Made by a program: the position numbers and the translations under genes | Virus record (IMG/VR): IMGVR_UViG_3300047548_001271 | Coordinates: 64,001 to 128,000 of that record | Origin: a virus | Direction: 5' to 3' (one strand) | Length of the DNA: 64,000 nt | Shown here: in pieces, positions 30,649 to 42,321 of the stretch | Layout of the letters: each line of letters starts with the position of its first letter | How positions within the stretch are numbered: the stretch's first letter is position 1 | The notes under the pieces: model-generated | The model's database searches: none | The model's input: only the letters and a program-made list of their open reading frames with translations | What the model was told of the DNA's origin: nothing

Positions 30649-31185
30649 TTACTTTTCCTCTTGCCATTTTCCTGGAATCCATTTATAGGTTTTAGAACGA
30701 ACAGTTTCCACCCGCACAGGGGCTGGAGTTGTAATAACCGTATCCGCCATAACTTCCGTAATTATAGGACTGTCCACCGTAGTAATTATAGGGCTGCGAA
30801 CCGTAGTAACCGTAACTGGAGCAGTTGCCTGTTGCACAGTTTCCACTAGTGTAGGTTGGTGAACCGTAGTAACCGTAACCGGAGTAGTTACTTGTTGCAT
30901 AGTTTCCACTAGAGTAATAGGCGGGCTGGTTATAATACTCCCTCTGAATACTTTTACGGGTGATCCTACTGTACGGGCGACCATTTGAGGATATGTAGAT
31001 GTTGTTACTGTTGTAACTGGTAGTGTTTGGGTAACTGTTGTAACTGGATAAACAGGCTGGACAGGAACAATTGGGTAAACTTGAGGATTCAGAGAAAAAA
31101 AAACTGGTCTTGACTGATAAAACTGTGCTTGACTAACAGACGCAAAGGCAACTAAACAAAAGAGAAACGCGAATAAGTTCTTCAT
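30649..31185 (-). CDS. secreted Thr/Val/Pro-rich repeat protein
   Basis: Signal peptide ending SQA; internal 21-aa repeat. Confidence 0.7.
   Translation of the reverse strand: MKNLFAFLFCLVAFASVSQAQFYQSRPVFFSLNPQVYPIVPVQPVYPVTTVTQTLPVTTVTTSTYPQMVARTVGSPVKVFRGSIITSPPITLVETMQQVTTPVTVTTVHQPTLVETVQQATAPVTVTTVRSPIITTVDSPIITEVMADTVITTPAPVRVETVRSKTYKWIPGKWQEEK
30798..30914. repeat. 63-bp-period in-frame tandem duplication
   Basis: gaaccgtagtaaccgtaac...gtttccactag at 30798 and 30861. Confidence 0.85.
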
Positions 31186-31257
31186 TTAAAGATCTCCATT
31201 GAATTTTATTATGAAAGTGTCACACAATATGACACGCCCATTATATTATACTCAATA

Positions 31258-31854
31258 TCAACCCCACTGATTAGCCATAGCTTCAGCAACGCCTAAAAAT
31301 GTTTTCGATCTGACTTTTCCTCTTTCTGATCGTTTTACATTTGATGTTTTGTAAAACCAAGCGTCCATACGTTTTCCACTTTTAAAAACAACTGGTGGAT
31401 CTGGTTGTACAATATTAGTTGGTACTAATTTTGGCAAACCCTTTAACCACAAACAAGTTTTCTTCGTTGCTGGAAATCCAAACATATACGGCTCAATGAT
31501 TTGGTCTGGTTTTCGATAAACGTTTGACATAATACCGACTGGATTTTCGATGCATATTTTTGGACATGGGTGATTTGCAAACAGCATGAAAAAATCAATA
31601 CCTTGCTGTTGTCTTCCGTCGGCTCTTTTCTGGGCAAAGTGTGCAGCCCCAGAACTAGCTAAATGAGTGCATGGAGGAAAGGCAATAATCATATCCCAAT
31701 CTTCATTTAAGACTGTATTGACATCGCACTGGAGATGGAATTCGGGAAGGCCGCCAGAACAAGGCTCAATGTCGCATGAAAAAGCCTTGTGACCTTTTTC
31801 CCGAAAAGCTTTACAAACAGCTTGACTTTCCTCACATGCAATTAGTATTTTCAT
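31258..31854 (-). CDS. putative DNA cytosine methyltransferase (short phage type)
   Basis: ILIACEES, AFPPCT, IENPVG, RSKTF.G.AEAMA.QWG. Confidence 0.8.
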   Translation of the reverse strand: MKILIACEESQAVCKAFREKGHKAFSCDIEPCSGGLPEFHLQCDVNTVLNEDWDMIIAFPPCTHLASSGAAHFAQKRADGRQQQGIDFFMLFANHPCPKICIENPVGIMSNVYRKPDQIIEPYMFGFPATKKTCLWLKGLPKLVPTNIVQPDPPVVFKSGKRMDAWFYKTSNVKRSERGKVRSKTFLGVAEAMANQWG

Positions 31855-32906
31855 ATGTTTCTATTTCTTGTTTAATGACATGTTTATAACTAATAAGAAA
31901 AGAGAATAATATTTGAAAAAGTTTATTATTTATATTTATCGGAATATTTTTATCACTTATTGACTTACCAATTGACATAATGGTTTTAGTATAGATTAAA
32001 TTTAATGATTTTTTACTCATTTAATTAACTTTGTTGGATTTGATTTTTTAGTTCTTCCATAATCATTTTACTTTTAAGTGCAAAAGAGACAGGTAATGGA
32101 TCATTAGAAGAAAATCTTCTACGAAGTCTGTTATTATACCCATGCGTTTTATAAACATCATGGTATAAATTATCCCAAATACAATAATAAACAATATACT
32201 CTAGGCCATAAAATTTTTTATTAGTCATTTTCGAACTCTTTGGTTTAACAATAAACAGACCATCCGATAAATTAATTTCTGGATAATTCATGATTTATTA
32301 GCGTTCTTAATTCCCAGCCAAACACACTCGAAAAAATATTCTGCTTAATCATATTGTTATAAATAATTCTCATTATAAAAATGTCAACTAGTTGCTGTGA
32401 CAAATCATATCTTACTTTTATTTGAGCTTTCCATTCAATTGTATTTATCATGATTATTTATCTTTTTTTTTAATTCGAATAAAAATTCATTGGTAATTAA
32501 TCTTTTTATTTTTTTATCATGAAAAACAGATCTTCTGTTAGCATATAGTTCATTTGATCGTAAAACTCCGTGCCAAACAAGTCGGCGTTTAGACATTGTA
32601 ACTTCACATGTGCCAAAATATAAATCTATATTTAATAAATTATATATAATCTGTCTTAAAGACATAAATATCCGCCTAAAACTTGGTATATGTAAGAGAA
32701 TTTAGATTAATGAATATCTCTTCGGATCAGCAAGTCCATTATCAAGCCTGTCAACTGTCGTTATGTAGACGTGGGTGTCATCTTTGCACAAAACCTCATT
32801 CTCTTTTAGTTGTCTATCTCCAGGGTCTATAACCATAGATTTATGACTTCCAAAACGAGACGGAGTTGTAATTGATACTGAATTATCATGTGGTTTTTTC
32901 GCCATT

Positions 32907-33362
32907 TTATTTTCCTTCTAATGAGCAAACAACTACTGGTCTATTCCAGTATTTATTTATAAGTGATACTATTGTATTCCAGTTTCCACCAGCAAGCCCA
33001 GATCCAAACTTTGGACACACAATTAATTCCGATGGATATTGTTTTTGTATTTTTTCTAAGCAAATCTCTAATGCGTGATAGTGTATTGGCGTCTTATTGA
33101 CAACTGAAATCACTCCATTTTGAGCGCACATATTGATAACTTTGATATTTTCACTAACATCAACAGCTAAAATTTCTCCTAGCACTTGATACTCTTTAAG
33201 CATGTGGTATTCCTTTTTAACATTAGGCCACTTATTCATAAGAGCTTTAGCGAAGCCGGAACCAAATTTATCAATATTATTTACTATGTGAGGAATTATA
33301 ACTTTTTGATCTCTGTATAATTCTGCAATCTTTAGGGCATCACCATCTTGGTAGTATATCAT
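32907..33362 (-). CDS. macro domain (ADP-ribose processing) protein
   Basis: GDA, H.VNN...FG.GFA.AL, PKFGSGLAGGNW. Confidence 0.85.
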   Translation of the reverse strand: MIYYQDGDALKIAELYRDQKVIIPHIVNNIDKFGSGFAKALMNKWPNVKKEYHMLKEYQVLGEILAVDVSENIKVINMCAQNGVISVVNKTPIHYHALEICLEKIQKQYPSELIVCPKFGSGLAGGNWNTIVSLINKYWNRPVVVCSLEGK

Positions 33363-33853
33363 TAGAACGGAACCCTGTCAAAAAGATTTGCTTGGACATC
33401 TGCGGGTTTGTAACTCGGACCTTTTACCCACTTGCCATCGGCGTTTCGATGTCCATCAATAAACTTGCTTGCGTTAGATGCATTAACCTCATTTAATACA
33501 GGTTCTAAACTACATCCAAAAATAATAGACGTTCCAGCAACTCCAACCCAAAATAGATCAGCGGCACCATCCATTGCTTCTACAATGTCTGGTTTTTCTT
33601 CGGCGACAAATTTAAAATCGTGAATATTTAAATCGTCATGTCTAAGAAACATTTTTCCACTATCGAAATAGTTTTCGCTTAGGTACAATCTAACTCCACA
33701 CCCTCTAACAATTAGCTCAAGAGCTTCTTCGAGAATTAGTTTAGCCCTCAAAAGAAGTTCTGATTCGCTTGGTGTAGTTAGTGTGTCCGGAGTATTTTGT
33801 CCGGCATTTTTCATAAATTCCACAACTTTATTAACATGATGTACTAAATCCAT
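33362..33853 (-). CDS. MazG-like NTP pyrophosphohydrolase
   Basis: LILEEALE, D..AD, EV..SN.SKF, DGK..KG.SY. Confidence 0.8.
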   Translation of the reverse strand: MDLVHHVNKVVEFMKNAGQNTPDTLTTPSESELLLRAKLILEEALELIVRGCGVRLYLSENYFDSGKMFLRHDDLNIHDFKFVAEEKPDIVEAMDGAADLFWVGVAGTSIIFGCSLEPVLNEVNASNASKFIDGHRNADGKWVKGPSYKPADVQANLFDRVPF

Positions 33854-34159
33854 TTTTATCTCCTTTAATGTTTATGCGTGTTATTATTTAATAGTTCGAT
33901 CATTGTCGCTATAAGCAGTCCAATACCACGGAACCAAACTATATCTAATATGAATGCGACAACTTTAATCATTTAATATGAACTCCAAAAACTCACCAAC
34001 TTTATTGTCATCATAATAAGGGTCTATGTTTTCCGGAACAACAGAGTTTGGATACAAATCTTTGTATGTGTTATAACATACTTGACCCCATCTTTTATCT
34101 TGAGTTTTATTTTTGAATACTTGAGAACAATAGGTTAAAAATTTTACGGCGTCCATAAA

Positions 34160-34522
34160 TTACCTTTTAGGTTTCCATTCGTAGGTTTGAACTGGAACTT
34201 TTTCAACTTCTTCAAAGTCGTATGAGTCACCAGTTATCTCTGCTCCATAGTGACTAGCATAGTACCCATCAATTCTGAAAAATTTAGTCTGTCCTTCGTG
34301 TTCTACGGAAAAAACAGACCAGTATTCAGATCCTTGACCTTCTCCACCATAATGATCAACGAGATCAATTTTAAAACCACACTTTAAAAGCTCTTTATAA
34401 CAAACGCTCCATGTGTTATTATCGTCACAAAAAAGTGATCTGTAATAATCAGTCCAATCAAAATCTTCCAATTCAGAAGTGCATTTTTTAATAGTTTCAA
34501 TTAGTTCTTTTTTCATTTTCAA
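34160..34522 (-). CDS. conserved phage hypothetical protein
   Basis: GGEGQG..Y.SVF...G.Y.S..G motif. Confidence 0.6.
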   Translation of the reverse strand: MKMKKELIETIKKCTSELEDFDWTDYYRSLFCDDNNTWSVCYKELLKCGFKIDLVDHYGGEGQGSEYWSVFSVEHEGQTKFFRIDGYYASHYGAEITGDSYDFEEVEKVPVQTYEWKPKR

Positions 34523-35318
34523 GTTCCTTTTTTAAAACATTTGATTTGAATTTTTCATAAAATTCGTGGTTATGATTTAGTATTTCTTCCCAATTTTCAA
34601 TTGCAAAATCTCTAAACCACCCACTACATAGTGTGGTACAAATCTTTTCAACAGCATCAAGAAAAGCGAATTTTGGTGGGTATTTAGGGTCTTTTAATAA
34701 GAATCTTTCAATAGCAATCACAAAACCTTCTTCTCTAACGCATTTTACTTTGTCTTCATGAGATAGTTCATCCCATTTTGATTTTTTACACCAAACCGTT
34801 TCACTGTTAGATTTTAATCTTTCAAAGATTGGTTTGTCATAATAACAAGTCCAACGATGAAGATCGTCGTGGTCATAAATTCTTGTAACATAATTGTCAA
34901 AAAATTGTTTTTTATTCTGATTTAACTTTGAAGTTCTATCTCCATATTTTTCTTTAGTTTTAGCTGTTAAATCATTTAACAATTCATAGTATTGATCATC
35001 AACATCAACTTGTTTTTTAAGTGTGTGATAATCTCTGATATGTTTATAAAATTTAAGAGGTCTATGTAGATGACTTCTTTTTATCAACATTAGTCCGACT
35101 TGATTGACTATTGTAGCTTCCCCAACTGGTGTGTCAAGCGTTTTTCCAGAAGAATATCGTTCACATACAGTAAAAAGAGGAAGGTCTGTAGGTGAGACAT
35201 CAACTTGTAAAGACGGGTCTGAATTTATATTTTCATCTGTGACAATATCATAGTCATTTTTTGTGTTGTCTTTTTGCGTCCAAAAGTTGAGAGCTTTAGA
35301 GCCGATTAGGTATTTCAT
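34497..35318 (-). CDS. phage protein with nucleotidyltransferase-like N-terminus
   Basis: LIGS.AL...D.D, IKRSH, FF..YV...YDHD.LH, CTTL.SGWFRDFA. Confidence 0.65.
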   Translation of the reverse strand: MKYLIGSKALNFWTQKDNTKNDYDIVTDENINSDPSLQVDVSPTDLPLFTVCERYSSGKTLDTPVGEATIVNQVGLMLIKRSHLHRPLKFYKHIRDYHTLKKQVDVDDQYYELLNDLTAKTKEKYGDRTSKLNQNKKQFFDNYVTRIYDHDDLHRWTCYYDKPIFERLKSNSETVWCKKSKWDELSHEDKVKCVREEGFVIAIERFLLKDPKYPPKFAFLDAVEKICTTLCSGWFRDFAIENWEEILNHNHEFYEKFKSNVLKKELENEKRTN

Positions 35319-35850
35319 CTAAATCTCCATGCATCTACCCTAGTTTTTAATAAAATATTTTCTTTAATAACACCCATAATTCTTAGATTAAGAGTAATTT
35401 TATTAAAAATTTTAGATGAAAAAAAATCAAATCCATAAGCGAGAAATATATCATTATTAAAATTCTCATATAATGATATATAGTTTGGATATTTTTCATG
35501 TGCTATGTTGTAATCCATTTTTAATCTCCTGATCAATTATCACTAAAACAGCAAAGATTTCAGAACAGACTAAACTATGAATACGAAGATTGATTTTATC
35601 AAGTATTTGATATTGTATATTACCTACAATTATATAATGCGATCGCCGTAAACTTTGTAACTCAATAGTCATAATAAAAAACTTCTAACGTTTTAACTCA
35701 GTTTCAATTTCTCCGTAAATTATTAAAAAGTCTAAATTTTTAGATATTATTTTATAAACATCGTCTATAAAAAATTTATTTTTAGATTGGCTTTTAATTT
35801 TGAGAGATATTATAGTTTCTAATTTAATCATCTGTCGATATACAGACCGT

Positions 35851-36180
35851 TCAAGATTGCTCATGAATATTTCCACAAATTAATATTGATTTAAAAAGCT
35901 GGACTCCATCACTACCGCCGGAATAACTAGCATGAATTGACGATTTTATTTCCGCTTTGACAACTATTCTTGTTTTCTGTTTTGGTTTAGCTTGATGTCC
36001 ATCAAACCAAGAATAGCATTCTACAATATCGGCCTCATATATGTCAACCCCTTTTTCATCTTTTAGACCAGTAAAATATTCCATTTGGTAATCATCGCCA
36101 ATGTCTTTTGGTATATCACCTATTTTTTCAATGTAGTAATATTGCCATTTTTTATTGGACCAGATTCTAAATTTTTTCAT
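35851..36180 (-). CDS. YopX-family protein
   Basis: KFR.W, TGLKD.KG.DIYE.DIV, GNIHE. Confidence 0.8.
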   Translation of the reverse strand: MKKFRIWSNKKWQYYYIEKIGDIPKDIGDDYQMEYFTGLKDEKGVDIYEADIVECYSWFDGHQAKPKQKTRIVVKAEIKSSIHASYSGGSDGVQLFKSILICGNIHEQS

Positions 36181-37245
36181 TTTACATCCAAGCTTATAGC
36201 ACGTCGCATCAACGAACAAATAAAACCCATTTTATAATCAAGTATATTCCTTGGATACGGTTGAGATAAAAACATTGCAAAATTACTTGTAAACTTATTT
36301 AACATAATAAATGACTCATCACGAGCATGAACTTGATGAGCAATTTTATTTTTTATATTGTTTGTGTTATATTTAATCATTTTATTTTATTCTACTGTTA
36401 GTGTGTAATATAAATAGTTGTAGGTGGATACCATTATCTAGTTTGTTAACTATAGTATTGGCGATTTTATCATTTAAATCAGTATCAATAAATTTACAAA
36501 AATTGTAGCCCAATGAGATTTCTGATTTAAGCACTGATCTTTGTAGTGCATTATCTATCGAGTCTATCATTATTTAATTCTCTCACTATACTTTTTTTAA
36601 GAAATCTTAGAAGATGGTCGCTTGGTATAATTTTATTTTCGAACTTATATGTAGCTGAGCACTGGATATCCCAATCTAAATATAATATAAAATATGTTTG
36701 TATTATTTTTGTTTTTGATTTACTATGAACGTGTTTAATCATTTATAGTAACACCTTTACGTCGATCATAAAATCTTTCAATATTTAATTCTTTCCATTC
36801 TCCATCGACAAGTTTCCACATAGTACATTCGTTTGGAATTATATGATAACGATACCTATTCGCATGATCCGGAAGCCTATTATCCTCCTTATCTGGATGA
36901 TAAGCAACATAAGCTAAAGAACTCTTAGCGTGTCCAATATTTGAGTAGGTTTTCCACGCCGGTCTTCGAGTTGGAATGTATGTCCCGTAAACGTGTTGTT
37001 TTTCTTTTTTATTATTGTTTGGATTAAACATTAGAATAAATCTCCATCATTGAGAAAATCACCCAAAATACTTCCAGCAACGTCGCCTCCAACTAAAAAG
37101 CCAAGTAATGCATTATCAGTGACCATTGATACGGCAGTGGAGACCGCTAGATTAATAAGATCATCTGATTCATAGGTCTCTCCAGTTACTTTGCAGTAGT
37201 GAGATTGAATTACTGGCATTTTACAATGTTTGCATATGTAATTAT

Positions 37246-37977
37246 TCATAGACCAAACGCCTCCAATGTGTATTTAAATGGGTTTTCTGGTATCTGCTTG
37301 ACCAACTCAACCATTTTAGTCCCTATCTCTCGGATTTCAACTTGAGCCTCGTCTGAAACTCTCAGCTTTACAAAATTATGAAAACATGACATATTCATCA
37401 TCACACTGAGCGTGATTTGAGAGTTGTACGTCTTGAAAAATCTAGCAGATTCTTTTGCTCGCTTGCGACCAAGAACTGGTGCTAAGTCTTTTAGACAATC
37501 GTGATATAGAGCATTACCAAGTTTAGTATACCACTCTAAAACATCCGTCCATGTATTTGGACAGTCTTTTACTGGTCCAGCACTAAAATCAATTGAGTGC
37601 TCATCAAAACCTTGTTTAATTAAGAAATTGAAGAATTCATTTGATGTCGGTATATCTTTCCAATCTTTCGGCAAGCAATATTTATCTTCCTTCAACTCTT
37701 GATACCTGGCACTTTCACCATTGATATTTGCTAGTCGATGTTTAAGTAGATGAATGTGACTAGCCGTGTCACAGGTGATTAGCCATTCTACAGTGCCACG
37801 CTCAAACGGCGTTTTGTGGGGTTTGCCAGTCCCGTTGTTCCATAGCTTATTGACAATTAGGTTTCTGATTTGCTCGTCTGTGCGGCTGTCAACATCAATG
37901 CTCGTGGAGGTCCATGCGGCTCTCGCAATAGCTCTATCGCCACCATACCATCCGATCAGTTCTACCTTATTTTCCAT
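37246..37977 (-). CDS. thyX: flavin-dependent thymidylate synthase
   Basis: H.TPFE, HLLKHR...N.ESARY, NF..LR....AQ.EIR. Confidence 0.88.
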   Translation of the reverse strand: MENKVELIGWYGGDRAIARAAWTSTSIDVDSRTDEQIRNLIVNKLWNNGTGKPHKTPFERGTVEWLITCDTASHIHLLKHRLANINGESARYQELKEDKYCLPKDWKDIPTSNEFFNFLIKQGFDEHSIDFSAGPVKDCPNTWTDVLEWYTKLGNALYHDCLKDLAPVLGRKRAKESARFFKTYNSQITLSVMMNMSCFHNFVKLRVSDEAQVEIREIGTKMVELVKQIPENPFKYTLEAFGL

Positions 37978-39172
37978 TGACTTTCCTTTTTAGTTGAAGT
38001 GTTTGTAATTGTTTTTGTTTTTTGGTGAGGTTGTTTATTACCATATCATATGATTTAGACATAGTAGCCCTCAATTTTTGAAAAGCTTTTTCATCTGACA
38101 TTGTTCTTGGATAATGATAGAATGCACACCCAAAGTCAAGTATTACTGGGCGAGTTTTTGTCCTACATCTATCCACGCCATCTTCTTCAATCCAGCATTT
38201 CAATCGACCATCATCATTTTTAATACGCATACATTTGTAAAACATTATTTAACCCTTACAAGTTTTTATTAATATTCTCAAGACCATTAGCTGACCAAGC
38301 AACTTGAAAAATAAACAAAAGGAAATAAATAACCCAAGCTGCATAATAAGCAACCGCATGTCCAACAAATGTGGCCGTATCAAGATAATTGATAATCAGC
38401 GGCATACAAGCAAACAAAACGACAATTTGAAACGCATTAAATAGAACCATTATAATCTCCTATAGCACGAGTAAAAGTATAATACGAGAACCAAGGGTAA
38501 CTTTTTTCTAATTCAGATTCAAACTTTTCAATATCTAAAATGAGAAGTTCGTAAGAGTTAATTTTTCTTGATACTGTAAAATTAAGTTCTGTTTGTAATA
38601 TATATATTATATTGTTTATTTTAAGCATCTCCACTATTCCTTATCTCTTTATCTGTCATATCCTCGATATCTAGCAATGTTGCCATTGAATTTTCTCTGA
38701 AAAAAAAGCTATATATTTTTGTAGTCAATTTTCTTCTAGTAGCATATGAAGAAATTCGTAGTCTAATAAAATCTTGTATTCTTTGTGGTAATAGCTTCAT
38801 TAATTGCCTTGCTGTGTTTTGTTTTTATTTCATTGAAAAGTGATTCATTATCAAATAATGATATGCTGTTATTAGTTATTCGATGTATTTTACAATCTAT
38901 CGCTCCAGTTTTAACTAGTATTCTATAGCATTTTGTAAATATCAAATTTGTGAAGTAGCTCATTTGTCTCCAAAATAGCTTTTTTGAAACCACCTTTTTT
39001 TAGTTTATTGAATTCATCGCGTAGTGTTAGTTTATTGGATTCAGTGCGTAGTGGCAAATACAACTCATAAGTCTTTTCATGTGCGTTATAAGTTAATTTA
39101 GTGCAAGTTTCATAACACACATTACTATATATTTTACTAACTATATTATTTATTTTAATCATTTATTAGTCC

Positions 39173-39206
39173 AAAAAAAACACGGAGCAGTTTCCCGCTC
39201 CGTGTT
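39173..39206 (-). terminator. intrinsic terminator
   Basis: AACACGGAGC/GCTCCGTGTT stem followed by a U-tract on the minus strand. Confidence 0.8.
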
Positions 39207-39226
39207 AATCTTTCCGATTTATTTAA

Positions 39227-39694
39227 TCAGTCGCGAGCGCGGCGTTCGGCGGCTTGCTCGCTATCCCATTCTCGCTGATACACAATCTGAACACTCTTGA
39301 AACAAGCTGGAATAGTAACATCACCGTGTACGGGATGGGTAATTGTCGCGCCATTTGTCAGCTTAAGAAATGGACCATTCAGACTTAGCTCATTCCATTC
39401 TGATGGAACATACATTTTCACGCCTTCAAGTGATGCAAGACAGTGCTTAGAGCCAATCGTGTTTTCGTTACCTGGCACCAAGTTAAACATCGCTTGGCGT
39501 TCTACATAACCTCGTGGAGGATCTTCATCATCAACCAAGACGATTCCAAAATCACCTTGCCAAACCGCGTCTCCATCGACACACGCTTCGGAAAACGTGT
39601 AAGGTTGACCAGGTGTGATGGTATCATGACGACCATCAGCAATCTGCTTGGCATAAGCAACAATATCAGCAACTTCAACTTCACAATTAACCAT
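39227..39694 (-). CDS. conserved hypothetical protein, partner of the DUF6745-like gene
   Basis: QGD..., H......HP.HG.V.IP.....YQRE pattern. Confidence 0.6.
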   Translation of the reverse strand: MVNCEVEVADIVAYAKQIADGRHDTITPGQPYTFSEACVDGDAVWQGDFGIVLVDDEDPPRGYVERQAMFNLVPGNENTIGSKHCLASLEGVKMYVPSEWNELSLNGPFLKLTNGATITHPVHGDVTIPACFKSVQIVYQREWDSEQAAERRARD

Positions 39695-39708
39695 AATAAA
39701 ACCTTTCT

Positions 39709-40578
39709 TTAAGTACGAGCAATAGTGCGAACTTTACGACGACCAATAACAGAGTTTGAACCAACACCAGACAGCCACTTTTGAGCACCCTCACAAGTCC
39801 TTGTTTCTTCCAGGGTTTGAATACCCTTTACAAACACTCGACCTGTTGGACAAACACAAACTAGTCTACGACCAAATCTATCTGTATCATATAGTGCTTC
39901 AAGAGTTCCTTCAACTTCATTTCTTCGAGAATCAAGTTTAACTGATTTACTTTCAGCAATATATCGTTCCCAACCAAATCTATCAATCATGATCGATTGA
40001 ATATCTGAATTTTGTTCATCATTGATTTGTTTGACTGTGAGCGTTTCGGGTCTCATGACAATTTGTTCAGTGACTTGATTACCACGAATACACCAGATCG
40101 AAAAACCGTCGGAATAACGGATAGCTGGGCCGCTTTCGTTGTGAAGAACGCCGTTCTCAATGTTGATTTGTTCAGGCTTTCGCACTAGATACAAAGTATC
40201 ATCTTTTTGGTAATACATTGAAACGTTAAGTGCTAAAGTAACCAAGTCCTCTAGTCGAGGATCTAGTTCTAGTTTTATTACATCACGAAAATATGTGTAA
40301 TAAGCAAGCCACGAAGCTTCAAAAGAACCAAAACAAGACTGATTAACAAAGTCTGGATCTTTGACTATATTATATATCGCTTTAGGCGAAGGAACTATCT
40401 CGTATTTAGTTGGAGCGTTTTGTTCATTTGCTCCTTCGTAGATATTTTTTACAGCTCTCAAACAAGCTTCTTCGTCAACATTTTGATCCGTTGAACATCC
40501 AATCTTCAACCACTTTTCAATCCAAACCGGCATCATAGCTTCTTGTTCCGGCGTAAGTTCTGTTATTTTTTCCGTCAT
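39709..40578 (-). CDS. DUF6745-like protein
   Basis: I..LTPEQ, LHNESGPAI.YSDG, I..E.N......MI...G..RY, CP.TGR. Confidence 0.7.
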   Translation of the reverse strand: MTEKITELTPEQEAMMPVWIEKWLKIGCSTDQNVDEEACLRAVKNIYEGANEQNAPTKYEIVPSPKAIYNIVKDPDFVNQSCFGSFEASWLAYYTYFRDVIKLELDPRLEDLVTLALNVSMYYQKDDTLYLVRKPEQINIENGVLHNESGPAIRYSDGFSIWCIRGNQVTEQIVMRPETLTVKQINDEQNSDIQSIMIDRFGWERYIAESKSVKLDSRRNEVEGTLEALYDTDRFGRRLVCVCPTGRVFVKGIQTLEETRTCEGAQKWLSGVGSNSVIGRRKVRTIART

Positions 40579-40901
40579 AATTAATTCCTCTAAAAATACA
40601 TTAAAATAGTAAAAGTCAACGCGACTTATCTAAAATTTCATACCCATTATATTGCACGTAAAACGATTTTTCAATTCTGTTTGTTGGACAAACTCTTCCA
40701 TCCTCAAACTTCTGAGACCAAACATTAATCCTGAAACTATTATTCCATATAAAATGTTGATCGACTTTAAGAAAGTAGGGAGTATTTCCAATAAACTCTA
40801 AAAGCCTATCTTCTGGAATTGATGGGTCTGTAATTTCTTCTGGTTCTACTTTCACTATAGGTTTTGGTCGTTTTTTTGCTGTTAGCATGTATTCCTCATA
40901 T

Positions 40902-40929
40902 GTTATATGATGTAGAAAGAATATGTCAA
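40902..40929 (-). promoter_or_regulatory. sigma70-type promoter
   Basis: TTGACA-N16-TATAAC. Confidence 0.6.
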
Positions 40930-41296
40930 TAGAAATCTTATCAATATCAAAGCCACATAAATCTAGTTTTAACTTGATAACGTGATTCGTCCGGCCAGCT
41001 AATAGTTAGTGCTCGATATCTATTTTTTAGTGTATTGTCTTGCTTAATATTGACAGTGTATCCAGCCTTCAAGAGTTCATCAAAAATAAATACCACAGCA
41101 GAAGAATGATAGTCATAAACATCAACAGCAAATGATCTTAGCTTCGCTTCTTCGCATAGTGGATTTTTTAAGATGAAAGAAAGCTTATCTTTAATTACTC
41201 CTGATAACTTGTTTACATCAGTCGAAACTCTTTCGCCGTTTGCTTTTTCGCAAACTTCATACAATTCTTTTGCTTTTATAAACATAAATCTTCCTT

Positions 41297-41902
41297 TTAA
41301 TGATGTCCCTCGTGTTTGACTGGGAGATGCGACGCGATCTCCAAGATCTCAGTCAAATTATAGGGTTTGAAATTGTTTCCGTCAAGTCCAACATCCATAC
41401 TTTTTCCGCCATTGAAAAACCTATCTTCTCTTGAAGAATGACAATGACCGAACAAATGAATCGAACCATCAGCCATTTTATCCCAACTAGCGATTGGGAA
41501 GTGGAATAATACAATGAGTGGTAGACCTCTTTTTTTGAGAACATGGTATGGTGAATAAATATGAAAGCAATCAGACGCTCTTAAATTCGTTCCTTTGATT
41601 TGTGGATTAGATTCATATCCATGTCTATTGTCATGATTTCCTAGAATAAGATGAATTTTTTTACAATTCAGTCTTTTTCTAAAATTATAAATGTTTTCTG
41701 TTCCTCCAAAATTCCAATCTCCAAGACAGAATAGTTCATCATTTTCTCCGACTACATTGTTAATATTGTTGACTATTGTATCATTCATCTGCTCAATAGA
41801 GTCAAAATTTCGCAAACACTTGTCGCCACTCCAAGATGAAACACCTCTTACAATGTTTTTGTGCCCATAATGCGGGTCCGACATAAACCAAATATCACTC
41901 AT
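41297..41902 (-). CDS. calcineurin-like metallophosphoesterase
   Basis: SDPH, LGD, GNHD, HFP, GHCH. Confidence 0.9.
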   Translation of the reverse strand: MSDIWFMSDPHYGHKNIVRGVSSWSGDKCLRNFDSIEQMNDTIVNNINNVVGENDELFCLGDWNFGGTENIYNFRKRLNCKKIHLILGNHDNRHGYESNPQIKGTNLRASDCFHIYSPYHVLKKRGLPLIVLFHFPIASWDKMADGSIHLFGHCHSSREDRFFNGGKSMDVGLDGNNFKPYNLTEILEIASHLPVKHEGHH

Positions 41903-42321
41903 TTTAACCTCATGCTATTTCTAAGAGAATTTTCCATATTTACCAGTTTTTCTTCTGGAACGTTGTGAATATTAGATCCTCCGTGCCAATTTTCAACTGT
42001 CAAAACATAAACTTTATATCCGTTCTCTTCTCCAAGATTTTTATATCGCAGTACATCCTCTGATCTAGTTGAAGTATTTGAGATAATGATTATATGAGTT
42101 TTATCTTCTATCGCCCTTTTTACGCCTTCAAAACACCATTTGTGAGCCTCTCCAAGTTTAGTTGAATCAAATTTATATTCTCCATTTCTTTCAAAGAACA
42201 TATCAGCTTCAATGTGTAGGCGAGTTGAGTATTGATCCTCACAAAGTAGACCCATCAAAGATGTAGCAAGAGATGACTTTCCACACCCAGGAACACCTCG
42301 CAAAATAAACATTTTCGTCAT
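41899..42321 (-). CDS. P-loop kinase (polynucleotide-kinase-like)
   Basis: RGVPGCGKS, EADMFF, AH.WC, SNT, HNVP. Confidence 0.8.
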   Translation of the reverse strand: MTKMFILRGVPGCGKSSLATSLMGLLCEDQYSTRLHIEADMFFERNGEYKFDSTKLGEAHKWCFEGVKRAIEDKTHIIIISNTSTRSEDVLRYKNLGEENGYKVYVLTVENWHGGSNIHNVPEEKLVNMENSLRNSMRLK

